DNA from: the human T2T-CHM13v2.0 reference genome, Homo sapiens
Reading direction: 5' to 3' (one strand)
Assembly: GCF_009914755.1 (NCBI RefSeq)
Contig: NC_060947.1
DNA: 64,000 bases
Positions 1 through 15,686 of the stretch are shown here, piece by piece. Under the pieces are notes generated by a model that saw only the letters and a program-made list of their open reading frames with translations, had not been told where the DNA came from and ran no database searches. Every line of letters starts with the position of its first letter. Positions within the stretch are counted from its first letter, which is position 1. A program made the translations under genes and the position numbers.

Positions 1-119
1 GTTATTTTACCTACAAATAAAAGCAACTGCCTTTAAAAAAGAACTTACCACGCAGTAGTCACTATAATTACGTAAATACATGTTTTCAGTATTTCATTTA
101 GTACAGTATTTAATAGTGT

Positions 120-290
120 TTTATTTAATGGCCACAAAAATGCCATCAGAGAGGTATTTTTATTTTAGTTTTACAGATTAAGAAACTGACTCATAGAAAC
201 TTGAATTCATCAAAGTAAAATGACAATAGATGAAAAGACTTGATTCAAATTCTGATCTGCCTGACTCCAAATTCTAGGTAATAACCTTTT
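120..290 (-). mobile_element. MIR SINE fragment
   Basis: ttttacagattaagaaactgact and ttcaaattctgatctgcctgactccaaa resemble the reverse-complemented MIR core. Confidence 0.6.
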
Positions 291-297
291 GCTACAC

Positions 298-448
298 AAA
301 GCATGTTTCTAAGTGCGTCTTATTAACCTCACATGGAAGCATGTTAGAAATACAGAATAAAGGGCCTACTAAAACCTACTGAATCAGAATCTTCATTTTA
401 ACAAGTTCCCTGGTTGATTTTAAAGCACCTTAAAGTTTGAGAAACCTG
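298..448 (+). mobile_element. MER5A-like hAT-Charlie DNA transposon (MITE)
   Basis: tgttagaaatacaga...cctactgaatcagaatc...ttttaacaagttccctggttgattt...aaagtttgagaaacctg follows the MER5A consensus. Confidence 0.75.
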
Positions 449-534
449 TTACTAGGGTTGAGAGTGCCTGTCCTCTTGTAGAACCCAGTGATATATATGT
501 TATTAAATTTAGTAATTGGCACAGACTATCCTTT

Positions 535-1339
535 GAACAAAAGTCAGGCTCCTCTGAGTCCTCTTTCTGACTAATCCCTGCCCTTGGGTTCTGTGCTTGG
601 CCCATTTCCTCCAACAGCAAGAATCCTGCTGGGTCAGATTAGCAAAACTCTCTTGCCCTTGACATCTGATCCCTGACCCCTGGTATCTGACCACCTTTGA
701 TAGCTTATCAAATCTCTTATCTCATGCCCTCTATATCTTCTCACTCTTGCCGGCCTTCAATAATACTCCTGTAGGGTGCAGTGGTTCATGCCTGTAATCC
801 CAGCACTTTGAAAGCCTGAGGTGGGAGGATCTCATGAGGCCAAGAGTTCAACACCAGCCTGGGCAATATAGCAAGACCTCATCTCTACAAAAAATAAAAA
901 ATTAGCTGGACATGGTGGTGTGCCGTCCCAGCTGTTCAGGAGGCTGAGGTGGGATGATCACCTGAGCCCAGGAGTTTGAGGGTGTAATGAGCTATAATAG
1001 GCACCACTGCACTCTAGCCTGGGTGACACAGCAAGACTCTGTCTCAAAAAAATAAGATAAAATAAAATAAAACTCATGTAAAGTTGGTTTACCCAGAATT
1101 CCCCTTATCATAGATATTTTCTCTTATTAGTTTCCCATTCGCTCACCTCCACTATGCTCTTTGGTTATAAATTCCCATTCCCCTTTGTGTACCTGTATTG
1201 AAAGTTGAGCCCAATATCTCTCCCCTACAAATAAACAAAACAAAACAAACAAACAAACAAAAAACATTGCTGTAGTTTCCCTGAATAAAGTCTGCCTTAG
1301 CGTCTTTAACAAGTGTCATGAATAAATTTTTCTTCAACA
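535..1339 (+). mobile_element. ERV1 (MER4-group-like) solo LTR interrupted by an AluJ
   Basis: gcaagaatcctgctgggtcag motif, AATAAA at ~1285 and a terminal ...ttcttcaaca; 5' boundary and subfamily uncertain. Confidence 0.5.
774..1068 (+). mobile_element. AluJ
   Basis: Dimeric Alu with J diagnostics (gagcccaggagtttgag, gagctata); A-rich tail; degenerate TSD aatactcctgta/aaaactcatgta. Confidence 0.9.
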
Positions 1340-2240
1340 TAATCCAAGAGATATAAACTAACTGGTAGCTCAAACATTATATTAGCCCTAAAGTATGAGT
1401 TTTAAAATGAGAGCAGTATATTTATATCACACATATTTGCTTTAAAATTTAGTTAGAATATGAAACTTTTGAGAACATGAAACTAGCATGCCTCCATGTT
1501 CATTTTAATAAAATATTCAGGAGGCTCTTGTTAACATAACACTCTGTGAGTTACTATCTGCAGAAACGGATAAAGAGAAGTCATTGCCTTCTAATGGAAT
1601 CACTGTCAGATTCTTCAATTAAAGAAATAAAAATGGGTAAATTAAAATTGCCTCATTTTTCTTTTTTCTCTATCCTCATTCTTCACCAAACTCTCTTCCT
1701 CTCATGTCTTACTTCTCTTGAATCTTTTTGTTGCTTTCTTAAGAAAGTAGACTCCAGGGTCCTTCAGCATTGTTCAGTCTCACATTCATCCTTCAATGGA
1801 GTGATTGAGAAAACTAAGCCCATGGAGTTTGAGAATGATCAAACTCATGTAGTAAGAAAAGGCTTAGCCCTTTCAGTATAACTAACGTGTTATTCTCTAT
1901 CCCCAAGGGAGAGGTTGGTTCTAATAATAAGTTCTCCAAGAACATAAAGCAATGAATACAAATTTTGGAAAGAATAAAAAGATTCTAGGGAGGCATGCCC
2001 CTTAGACCTTAGAAAGTTTCTCAATGAAAATGAGCAGATGAAGAAAGCAAAAATGATCTTAAAATTAGCCTCTAGACTAAATTATCTGTCAGTTGATTAT
2101 GGTCAGTTTCAAATGTCTGTGCTGGCTATGACTTATTATTGTTTTTGAAATGCATAAAATATTCAATGACTAAGTAAGATCGTTTAAATGAGAGATACTT
2201 ATTGAAAAGATTAAGAACATTTGTTTAAAGTCTTTTAAAT

Positions 2241-2540
2241 ACAAGCTTAATAGTTCCAGGTGATCAGGAAAATATAATTTAACTGTTTGTTATAATATAT
2301 ATAACAAACTTAATATATAGATAAGCTTATACATATATATGTATATAAAGCATATATGTATACAAAGCATATATATACACACACATATATAAGCTTATAC
2401 ATATATATATACTTGTATATATAAACTTATATAAACAAGCTTAATAGTTCCAAGTGATCAGGAAAATATAATTTAACTGTTTAATAAACTTTATATATAT
2501 ATATAACAAAATTATAACTGTTTGTTAAAATATATAACAT
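2241..2540. repeat. TA-rich low-complexity tract flanked by a 48-bp direct duplication
   Basis: acaagcttaatagttcca(g/a)gtgatcaggaaaatataatttaactgttt at 2241-2288 and 2435-2482. Confidence 0.9.
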
Positions 2541-3019
2541 TTGAAAATAATGGGCTAGGAATTGTCTTTCTTTTACTACCAAGTAGTTTTTAAAAAATGA
2601 GTCAACTGGATTCTTGAAAGCAAGAATCCAACTGTTTTCATTAAGTTCTGTCATCATTCATTTCTTTCAATTATCTTCCCTTTCTTGTTGACCATTTTTC
2701 CGGACAGCACCACTTTATCTATTTTTAAGATCCTTTGATGCCAACCAGCACAAAGGGGCTACTGGCTCCACCTTCATTATTCCTGAACTGTTGGTGGATA
2801 TTTACACCATCATTTACAATGAAAGCCTGAGCCAAACGTAAGACACTGTAATCATCACAGTCACTGTGATAAAATGTTGGTATTTAACTGAAAGAGGAAA
2901 TGCATTGATTTGGTTCAGCTGACCTGAAATCATGAACGAAACTTAAGTAATTACTTTCCATGTCAGGAAAAGGGAAAACCACAAGTTTAGCAACTTCTGT
3001 TGTCAGCATTTTTACTTTA

Positions 3020-3246
3020 TTTGTTTGTTTGTTTTCTTAGAGAGGGAGTGTTGCTCTGTCATCTAGGCTGGAGTGTACTAGTGTGATCATAGCCCACGGT
3101 AACCTTGAATTCCTCGGCTCAAGGGATCCTTCTGCCTCAGCCTTCCAGGTACCTAGGACTAAAAGTGCATGCCACCACACCCAGCTAATTTATTAAAAAA
3201 AAAAAAATTGTAGATACAGGGTTTCTTTCCCTATGTTGCTCAGGCT
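3020..3246 (-). mobile_element. 5'-truncated AluJ
   Basis: ttgctctgtcatctaggctggagtg...ctcaagggatccttctgcctcagcc...tatgttgctcaggct. Confidence 0.8.
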
Positions 3247-4284
3247 ATGTTTATTTATTTGTAAAGTGAGTAACAGAACAAGGCTTTAACAGAAAATAAT
3301 TCAACAACCTTTTCCCTGGAAATAAAAATTATTTTATAATGCAATGTCACTTTCTCTTTTATTTCCATTGTTGATATTATAAGGTATTGACTGGAAGAAA
3401 AAGCCTTCAGTAACTTTCAATTCACTTCCTGGCTAAGCATATTGGAAGCTGAAAGTAATATTAGATATAAAGCAGTTCAATTTTCATATTTTATTGATGC
3501 AGCATCTGATATATAGAGAAGTAAGGTACTTCTCCCATAATCACGTCACTGATTGCCAAATCAGGCCTAAGAATGCAAATGTCAGTTGCATGTGATTCTA
3601 ATCACACTATGAACTATTAATAAATTCGGACTCAAGTTTCTGCTTTGTATCTGTTATCTCATGAAAAGAGGACTGGGGCAGCATAAGGAATATCAAATCC
3701 AACCCATTTTCTGTCTCAATGGATAAGATCTATATTTCTTTCCAGTAAGGTTCTAGAAGGATGAAGATAAATGGAAGTCATAAACTGTAGTCCAAAATTA
3801 AGATACATGAGACTAAAATCAACCCTGGCCATAGAGTAGACCCTGATAATTAAGCAATTATCTTATTGACCAAAATGAGTCACTGATATAAAGCCTAGGT
3901 CTTCATTGTAACATAAGGATTAACTTGGAAAGTAAAAGCCTGAATAGAATCAAGAGGATTCACAAAGGACTGGAGAGGGAACTCAAGATTCCATTATTAC
4001 AATACCACTAATCAGATTTGATGTAAAATTTTTCTTCACTCAATAACTTTAAAATAAAGCCACAAACACAGTTGACTTAGAAGGTAGACTCCGAGGCAAA
4101 AACAAAACAATAGCAAAAAGATTCTGAAAGGTCCCTCTTGCAAAATGAAACACTTATTTTAAATTATAAAGCAGGCAAACACAAAAAGTTACTTGTGGCC
4201 TCTTATGGTGAGTATGTTAGTGTAAGATACAGTGCCTGACTCAGGGTTCTCATAATCTTACGGAGGAAGGACTAACATGCATGA

Positions 4285-5085
<801 letters not shown>

Positions 5086-5215
5086 CAAGAAACAAATACC
5101 AAACAAAAAAAAGTTTATTATGTGTTTCAAAAAAATATATATATAGTTGGATTTTTCTCCACGTGCATATAGAGGAAAGAGTATTTCAACATATTGGATT
5201 ATTATTCTTTGTATG

Positions 5216-5217
<2 letters not shown>

Positions 5218-5265
<48 letters not shown>
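5218..5265. repeat. (TG)n microsatellite, about 24 units
   Basis: Uninterrupted TG run. Confidence 0.98.
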
Positions 5266-5269
<4 letters not shown>

Positions 5270-7739
5270 GTGGTGGGAGAAGGGGAAGGGTGTTCTTTGG
5301 TGAAATACTTTTACGAAATACTGTTGCCACAAATGTTAACAAATATTTCTGCTTTCTATCTTTCAGTTTTTAATATGCTAACATTGTCTGTTAGTTGCTA
5401 AAAATAAATATGTATATGCAGCACATAGCAAACATATCTGAACACAAATCCTATTGTTCTTGGGTCATCTCCCAAGATCAGTGATTCACTAACCATAACA
5501 GGGAAAGCACTGCGTGGGTCAGCTGAGGATAGAAATCCAACTTCCTTGTAGCCATAGAATGATTGGACTTGTGTCTTGAACTTTTCCCATGGGGTCTCTC
5601 TTAGATATTTTTCTCCAGGATTTCACCAGAAGCCTACTCAGTGAGAGGCATACATTTTTTTTTTCACAACTGAAGATCCTGAGCTCAAGTACCTCACAGT
5701 CTTGTCCCAAGATAATGTTTTCCACCAGTGTATGCTGAGTGTTGCAGTTTGAGGATGTCAAGACAATAAGGAAGTTTTGACTGGGCAAGGCTGACAGGCC
5801 TCCCGCAAAGAACTAGGAGGTGAAAAAACTTTGAGGAAGTCACCAGGCTCCAGGATTATATTTTGGGATTTTAAGCTATATTATTTATTAGTTTCTAAAC
5901 TCAGAAGTTATTACTTTTGGAGTTCTGGCTCACAGTCCTTAGGTAATAAGAAATTTTGAGTTGAAACTCGAAAAAAATGAATTTATTGAGTTATATTTGT
6001 AAATATTACTTTCAAATAGAATTGCTACTTGTATATATTATTCAGTATATTTTCTTCCAGGAGACATACCTACTTTGGAAGCCACAGTACAAATGTAACA
6101 TTATTTGATGACATGGAATTGGAACAAAGCAGTTATCTGAAACATCTTAGTGGCTAGTATATCTATATCTCCAAGGCACAGATATTTCCACCCTTACGCT
6201 CACATTCCTTGTTCACATGATAAAGATGAAGGCATGTATAAAATATTTGTCTCTAACTTCTCCTTTTTTATGCTTCTGTGACAAATCATTATGTTTTATA
6301 TTTATATACTCTTTGGAGAATATTCTTTTGTTTCTCTTATCAAGCAATTATTTTAATTGCTGTCAGTTCAAGGAGGAAAAGAACAATATCTGTTTTGTTT
6401 ATGATCGTATTCAATTGCTTGACACAGGTGTGGCTTGTAGCAGATGCTCAATGACTGAAAAATCATGGCTTTTTCATATGTTAATTCATTTAATCAGTAA
6501 ATGGACAAGATTTTGGGGTCATGTCTACATCCTAAATTTGCAAAATCATGTATTTCTACTCTGAGTCAATATGTTAGTTTTATAATTTAAATCTTACAAT
6601 ACTGTTTTACTTCCCTATCTTCCCATTGCTCTAATTACTCTCTAGTTTTCCCACCTAAAATGTACAGTACAGTATTCTTCTGATGGCTGAGGTTTCCACT
6701 GCTTCATTTCATGTAAAGAGATTCTAAAGTAGCCACAAAGTATATTTAACCAATTCATTTCAATTATTTCATGTATTAGATAAAATGAGAAATATATGGT
6801 CTCTAGAAGGGTTCTGTACACTTAGCAATAAGACTACAAATATTTTTTGAAGATAAAGAGCAATATTGAGCAAGCAGAAGAAAATTCTTAGGGAGAAGCT
6901 TCCATAAGACTTCACATTATTTGAGTTGCAAGTTTCAAGTAAGTTAGTTCTATACTTAGCCAGTTCTCAAATTACCTCATAAAATACAGGATGCTCTTTA
7001 TTACTAATGGGCTTAACATTTAAGGATTTGTTAATATCCCAAATCATAAAAAGTGAAAGGATAAAGTAAAACAGGGGCATTTTTGGAAGTGTGGAAACAG
7101 GAACATTTCCTCACTTCCAAATCGGGGATATGTCCCCTAGATAATAAACCTCTGAAGTTTATAAAATGATTCTTTACTTGATCCAAATCATACAGTGATG
7201 GTCAATTTGAGTAAATTGTTGCCGGAGAATTGAATCTAACACAGAGATGCCGGCAAATTATCATTTTGAAAAGAACTTTTACTATTTAATTATAATATTA
7301 GTTTCAATACATTTGATTTTTTGTCAAAGTTTTAAAAAATAAACATTTCAATAATCGTATGTAAGTAGTAGTGTTTAGAGTTGGAATAAAACATGAACAT
7401 CAACTAGTGCAACATCCTAATTTAAAAGACACTAAAATTGGAGCCCAGTATTTGATCTGTATATCTGTGCTGGAGCCAGGATAGGGATTTCAGTCCCCAA
7501 AAGCTGACCCAGTAGTCTCTCCTCTCTGACATAAATTAAACCTGATATTCATGAATAATATGTGACATGTTATCCTAAAGCTAATTTATACGAAGGCATA
7601 GAATCCTTTAAATGAATAGAAGTCCATATAATTTTTATAACATTGCTGACAAGTATGTTGTTACTTTTTATTTGGGGAAAAATCCATAAATTCACATAAT
7701 TTGGAATAGTTTATCTTAAGGGAATGCATGTAATTGAGA

Positions 7740-9003
7740 GGTAAAATCCTTTTCATTGAGAAAGTGATAAAGAAACTTGGACAACTAAAAAAAATTACGT
7801 CCTTTAGTGGGTCATGAAATAATTCTGTTAAAATTTGAAGGAACTGAAAGAAAGTAAAAGATTACATGAAGAAATGGACAACTAAGATCTCTAGAAAGAG
7901 TAAAACAAAATTCAACTGGCTTCTTCTAACAGCCAATGATAATATATATATTGAGAAGATAAAGATAAACTAAAGAAGGACTACTCTGTTTTAAAACAGG
8001 ATGTAATTAAAATATAAAGTGCCCGGGACAGTCTTTTCAGCCAAGATAAAGTTCAAAGTTAAACAATGCCCTTCAGAGCAATGAACAAAAATCTGGACAG
8101 TAAAATGTGGTCTCAGGATAAAAATGAAGTAAAGGGTGTAGCTATAAATTTTTTTCTTAGGACCTCAGAAGCACCTTCGGAGCATCTCTCACAAACCCTC
8201 TTTGCTAGGCAGCAGAACTTCTAAGAATCTTAAAAATGTGGTCTGGCATCATGCTCATAGGTGGTCCAAGATAAATAAAGACCTGTCTTGGAAAGAAAGG
8301 AAGATGTGGCTTTTGTCTAATGGAGTGACCACCCGATAAGAATCATAAGCAAGGGGTGGGGGATGGGGCAGGGGGAGAGGAAGGGAGGGAGGAAGAGAGA
8401 GAAAGAAAGAGAGAAATAAATAGAATTTAATTAATAATGAATTTGTACTATTAGAAGCACCATGAGCTTGGACCAAAAGGAACAAGAACTGTTCAGAATG
8501 AGAATAATCTTTGGTACTCTCAACCTTCTGCACACAGGAAGCGCACCAAGAAAGCTATTCAGATACAAACATGGGCCATTTATTTTGAGAAATATAGGAT
8601 GGCTCAGAAGGCTCAACTAAGATCCCAGAGGACCAACTGGTGTTTCAGCAATAGCACTGGGCCCTAACCAAGGATCTGGAAACATGCTTAGTTGAATTTT
8701 AGAATTGATGTGGACTATTCCTCCTTTTAAATAGAATTGTCTATTAAGGCTATCCTATCCTATCTCAATAGTGTTAGGCCAGAAGTGATGAGGGCAGATG
8801 ACTTGTATTCTGATTGAAAGGAATAGAGCTCAAAGAACAGCATCTGAGGAGTCTCTTCTGTACCTGGACCTGATTAAGATGACAAGGTCCTGGATGTTCA
8901 TGTTATTGCCATAAGAGGATAAGACTTTGGCAGTCTTGGAAAAGGGTGAGTGCATTTTTTTCACTTGAATAGGATGTAAATATTTTCTGTCCAGAGGGAT
9001 GAC
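7740..9003 (+). mobile_element. MaLR MLT1 internal region, degraded
   Basis: MaLR-int-like sequence ending in a purine tract (ccagagggatgac) immediately before an MLT1 LTR. Confidence 0.5.
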
Positions 9004-9486
9004 TGTGGTGGATTAAAAATGACCGCACATCGTTTGGGCTCCTATCTTTGAGAGATTTTCTTTTCCCTCCCTTGGAACATACTCTGGCCTACAGTTGCTT
9101 TGACCAATGGAATACTGCAAAAGTGATGCTATATGCTGGTCTAGATCTATAATTTAAGAAGACTGGTGCTTCTACTATGGTCTCATATAAACCTGAGCTG
9201 CTATGTAAGAACTCTGATTACCCAGCGGCTGCCAGGCTAGCCAGTCGAGAGACTGTGGAAAAAGACCATGGGGAGGCACAGACGAGCCAACACCCTGTTG
9301 GTCCAGACTGAACCATTAGAGCCACCTCAGCTAATTCATCTGCTATAATGGAGCAAAAGCAAGCCTTACTGCCCCCTCTCTGAATTCCTGAGCCTTAGAA
9401 TTTTGAAGTGAAATAATGATACATTTTTGGTTTCAGCCATTATGTTTTGATGTAAGCCGTTATGCAACAAAGGATAACTAGAGCAC
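9004..9486 (+). mobile_element. MLT1 (G/H-like) LTR
   Basis: Begins tgtggtggattaaaaatgacc; ends gttatgcaacaaaggataactagagca. Confidence 0.7.
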
Positions 9487-9704
9487 AAATATAGTATATG
9501 CATTAATAATATGCAAAATATTTTGTGGCTTACAAAAAGTGGACAACGTTCATTGAAGGTGAGAAATATTTAATGAAATATTATTTTCTCTTTCTCCCAA
9601 TCATTGTGAAACTCATTTATTGGAATGCAATGAACACAATTCATAAGAACTGATGTCAACACTTTGATGAAATATAATTATTAACTCTAAAATTGTTTTC
9701 GTAT

Positions 9705-9845
9705 TTTTCCAGCTTCACTGAAGTATAATTGACAAATAAAAATTGTATATATTTAGATGTATTTGATGTTTTGATATACATTGTGAACTAATCTCCACAA
9801 TCTAATTAACATATCCATCACCTCACCTACTTGCCATTTTCTTTG
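9705..9845 (-). mobile_element. L1MA-type 3' end fragment
   Basis: gtataattgacaaataaaaattgtatatattta...aattaacatatccatcacctca. Confidence 0.7.
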
Positions 9846-10563
9846 CTGATTTTATGGTAAAAACATTTTTTAAAAATGAAAGCCACATGAAATGGACTTA
9901 CTCCATGAGATAGTGTATTAGGTCAATTAATAAGGAAGAAGTACATTTTAATAATATGGATTATATTCAGTTATAAAATTTGGAAGCATACATCATGACA
10001 CCCTTGACTCATTTATTTTTTCAAGCAGCCTACACCAAAGAAAAATCATACTGGGTTTTTCATTATGGTTCATACCCTACAGGTGGCTCTCAATCTCTTT
10101 CCTTGTTAGTACAGTATTATTGAATCACCCTTTCCTGCTCGTAATTTATTTGTGTTATTTTTTAAATTTGGTCTCTAAATAAGACAAATGTTTATGACCT
10201 CTGTTAATCAGCATTGCAATTATATCTATATATTTATATACTTATATGAATACGTAAAACTGGAAATTTGGATTTATACTGAAAAAGTCACAGAATAATT
10301 GCATTATGGTCATGAACACTCATTTCCAAAAAAAAGTGGTATGGAGTTGTTTCTCTGTTTCTAAACCCCATCTCAGCTCTGGAGATGGATGGTACTCCTT
10401 GGAACATTCTAGAGTCTCTACCCAAGAGCTCCTTGAGCAACTGAGAAAGAGGTGGAGCCAACTCTCGGAAACCTTTGCAGCCTAGGTTACCCGCATCACT
10501 CTTCTGGGGTCATTACCGCTTGGGCGCTCATTTTGAGAGGCTTCAGACCAAGCTTAAAAGACC

Positions 10564-11310
10564 ATGAGTTACAGTCGCCTTCCTCCCAATGTCGAAGGCA
10601 TGACTTCCCTCAAGGTGGACAACCTGACCAACCGCACGTCGGCCAACACCCTGCGAGCTGTGTTCAAGAAGTATGGGAGCATGGGCGACGTGTACATCCC
10701 CTGGGATCGCATCACTAGACAGTCCCGCCGCTTCACCTTCATCCTCTTCCACTTCAAGCACCAGGTCGAGGATGCCATGGACGCTCTCGACGGGATCATG
10801 CTGATGGCCAAGAGCTTTGTGTGCAGGTGGCACGCCATGGTCATCCCCCACGTTTCTACCGTAACTTCCGCCGGGTAACGTCTTCTAGCAGGTATGAGGG
10901 AGACAACTACAAACGCCAGAGGCTCAGCCGAAGGCGTCGTCATCCCAGCCGTTCCTGTAGCAGGGGCCGATCTGGATCCCAGCGGCAGATCTCCCTTCAG
11001 CAGCTCGAAGTCGAAGTCCTCTCACTAGAGTCGAGGTCCCCTCACTCCAAGTCGAAGTTCTCTCGCTCACGCACGCGCTCGGGCACTCGCTCTTGCAGCC
11101 GCTCTTGCACTCACTCTCCATCAACCTCTGGATCTGGATCTACCCGAAAATCCAAATTCAATTCCTCTTCAGTGTCTGGATCTTGTTTGCTGACTGGGTC
11201 CAGCTCCTGGTCCAGAAGCCTCCCACCAGGATACAAGAAGGAATGCAAGTCTAGATGGCTATCCAAGAATGCCTCCAAGCATCGTGAATAGGAAGGAGTG
11301 GTATCATTAA
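10564..11310 (+). pseudogene. SRSF2: SRSF2 (SC35) processed pseudogene, coding part (RRM plus RS domain), disrupted
   Basis: [22 protein letters not shown]...GDVYIP...EDAMDA matches the SRSF2 N-terminus and RRM; no intron; 1-nt deletion at ~10803 (LDG); two compensating frameshifts at ~10980 and ~11028; premature TAG at 11289-11291 in the E-E-E-G-x-V-S tail. The symbol names the parent gene, not this locus. Confidence 0.93.
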
Positions 11311-12668
<1,358 letters not shown>

Positions 12669-14269
12669 AAACATTAAGTTCATTGATTATACTCTTATCT
12701 ATGAAACTGTGAAATAAAAATCCACTGATGTTATCCATTTTAAATGTCTTATGAACTATAATTTATCAAGAAAACAGAGTTCCAAGCTTCAGAGACCCAA
12801 AGTGTAAATATTTTAATTTAGCAGCTACCCTCAGTGTCTCACATATCTGCTACTGCCTTATGGCTTTTTTTCCCAAGGCTGTCGTGACCTCCCACTGGCT
12901 CAGATCTGAATCTTCTTAACTTCCCTTCTATGCCTCAATACACCATTTCAACTTACTGGCTTTAAGTTAATGGAAGACAGTTCATCCTAGCTTGACTTTG
13001 GAGTTGGGGCTGGCACTGAATCCCTTGCTTCTCTTTGAACTCAGCATTTGCTGGTACTACTTCTAGCCCCATTCAACCTTTTCTCTTGACTTTATGGTGG
13101 TCAATTCAATTCCCACTGCCCCATTCCCTTTGTCTGAGCCACTGATTAAATCAAACTTTGAAAAATACATTCAACCTGCTCACATTACAGTTTATGTAAC
13201 TAGAGTCTAGAAACATTAAATGATTGAACAACTACTGGTGGTAGGCTTCAACTTCCGTCTCAATTCTCAACCCAACTCTCTTTCCTATACATTGAATTAC
13301 TTCAGTGTATTGTCTCTGAATACAATGAATTGAAATGATGTTTGGGAACATTATTCGTGATGGTTGGGACCAAATATTAAACACAAGATTTAAAAATAGT
13401 CAAGAAGTGTAATGTAGCAGGGCCTCAAAGTTTGAGAGGAAGAGATTTCCCATTGCAGAGGAAATTTCAAAACTTAAGTCTACTATAACTAGCAGCCAGA
13501 GATGACACTGAAGTTAATGGTTATTAACCTAACCAAACATCTGTTTTAATTTTTCAAGACATACATACCACACATATATGCACAGACAAGCACACACACC
13601 TCCTCACACTCTTTGAGATTTTGGTAAACTTAGGCATCTTAAAAATCCCACCGGGGGCTAATTGGTCACATAACATGATCTCACTCTTTATTAAGGTATT
13701 AGTCGAAGACATTTCATTTCCCACCAGGACTGTTTTCTTTCTTAATATAAACCAAATGTTCTCTGGTACTTTACTTCAGAATATTTTCTCTTCATTTCAG
13801 AATTAAATGAGTATTATTTTGCCAAGGTTTTAAAATACAGTGTATGATAATATGAAACAAATACAAAAACGGAAATTTTGAAAGGACCGCATGGTACAGA
13901 GAAGTAGGAAATTTATTTAATGGAATTAACATTATATGTCATGACCACGTTTAGTTTATAATTAAATGAACGAGTTTGTTCATTTCTTCCAACTCAATTA
14001 TACTAAATTGTGGTGCCTAACAAATATGTATTAAACAAATGATTAGCAGAATAATTTATTGGTTTTTAAAATTATTTTCATACAAACTAAACCCAATTCA
14101 GATATAAATTATATAAACATATTAACTTTATAGAATGGACAAAAGCAAGTAAGTTTTACATGACAAATTTATTAAAAATTACTTCATGAGTTCTGATCAT
14201 ATCACTCTCCTGTTGCAACTATTAGGACCCTTCCTTGTTAATGACGGAATTCTTCAGAAGCTTACACTT

Positions 14270-14740
14270 AAAATATGGAATACATTGGCTTACAGATCTA
14301 AAAATCCTAAGGCACATCTAGCTTCAGGCATCTCTCCTAATTTCTCTCCTTTATCTCTCTTTCTATTTGTTTTCCTGTGTCTCTTTATGTTGGCATTCCT
14401 CATTTCAGAAAAAGAAGATAGCCAGAAGCATCTTTAGGTTTATATCCTACCAGGTTAGAAACTACAGTAGAACATAATTTCTCATTTTCAATAGTTCTAG
14501 CTAACATCTCGCACTTAACCCTTAATTTAACTGCTTTAGGTTACATGCTCATGCTTAACCAATTACCATTACCAGCATTGTGAGACAGCTGATTGGACAT
14601 GGCTGGGTAACGTGTCCATTTCTTGAGCCATTGCTGTAAATTCAGCTGCGTTGAAACCACCTGCCCCAAGATTGAACTATTAGTTTTTCCCTGTGGAAAA
14701 TCAGGCTGCTGTTATGACTATGGTAAATGGATGCTTAAAC
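14270..14740 (-). mobile_element. Old MLT1-type LTR remnant
   Basis: ctagcttcaggca, ctgattggacatggctgggtaacgtgtcca and ggaaaatcaggctgctgtta motifs. Confidence 0.4.
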
Positions 14741-15418
14741 AGCGGGAAAAAAAACTCTGCTGCTTGTTCTAAAAAAATAACAAAATGTCCTAATTTGTGT
14801 CTTCTTTCATGCAGGAATAAATCAAAACTCAGTTTGTTGTCTTTGTCAGTTGTTCCTTCTTGGTTTCATTTCACATTTCCACCTCAGCCCCAAAGTTGTA
14901 GCCACTGTTTCCCAGGACAAACCAGGGTCTTTCAAGTCTGTTCCTTCTGTCTGATATCGTTTCTCTCAACCAAAATATGCCTAACTGGCACTTGCTATCT
15001 GTAGAAAACCATAATTATCTTTAAACATTCAGATTTAAATGTAATATCTCTGTGAAATGTTTCCCAACTCCCATTACATAACCAATGCCAATCAGTTGTC
15101 TGTACTTACACAATACTACATATATACATGTTTGATAGCCTAAATATATTGTGTTTTGATAATTTTATGTGATGTTTCCATCATATAGTATATGAATTAT
15201 TTAGAGTTTACACTGTTGCAACATATGATGTCTCTCTATTTACTAGGACATAATGGGCTAAGTTTATGTTGGATGGATTAATTTATTAACTATGTCAAAT
15301 TACATAACTCATACCAATTTCAGTAGCCAAATCTTGCCCATATAGGAACAACTAAAATGAAGGATTAAAACAAGTGTCCAGTAGGGCTGGTAATATGGAT
15401 GAGGGCAGAATCACTTAG

Positions 15419-15686
<268 letters not shown>

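Noticed and set aside
8351-8415. G-rich purine tract with G-quadruplex potential
   Set aside because: Low-complexity expansion inside a MaLR remnant; no functional context
10821-11291. 156-aa Arg/Ser-rich ORF as an independent gene
   Set aside because: Starts at GTG and is the post-frameshift half of the SRSF2 retrocopy
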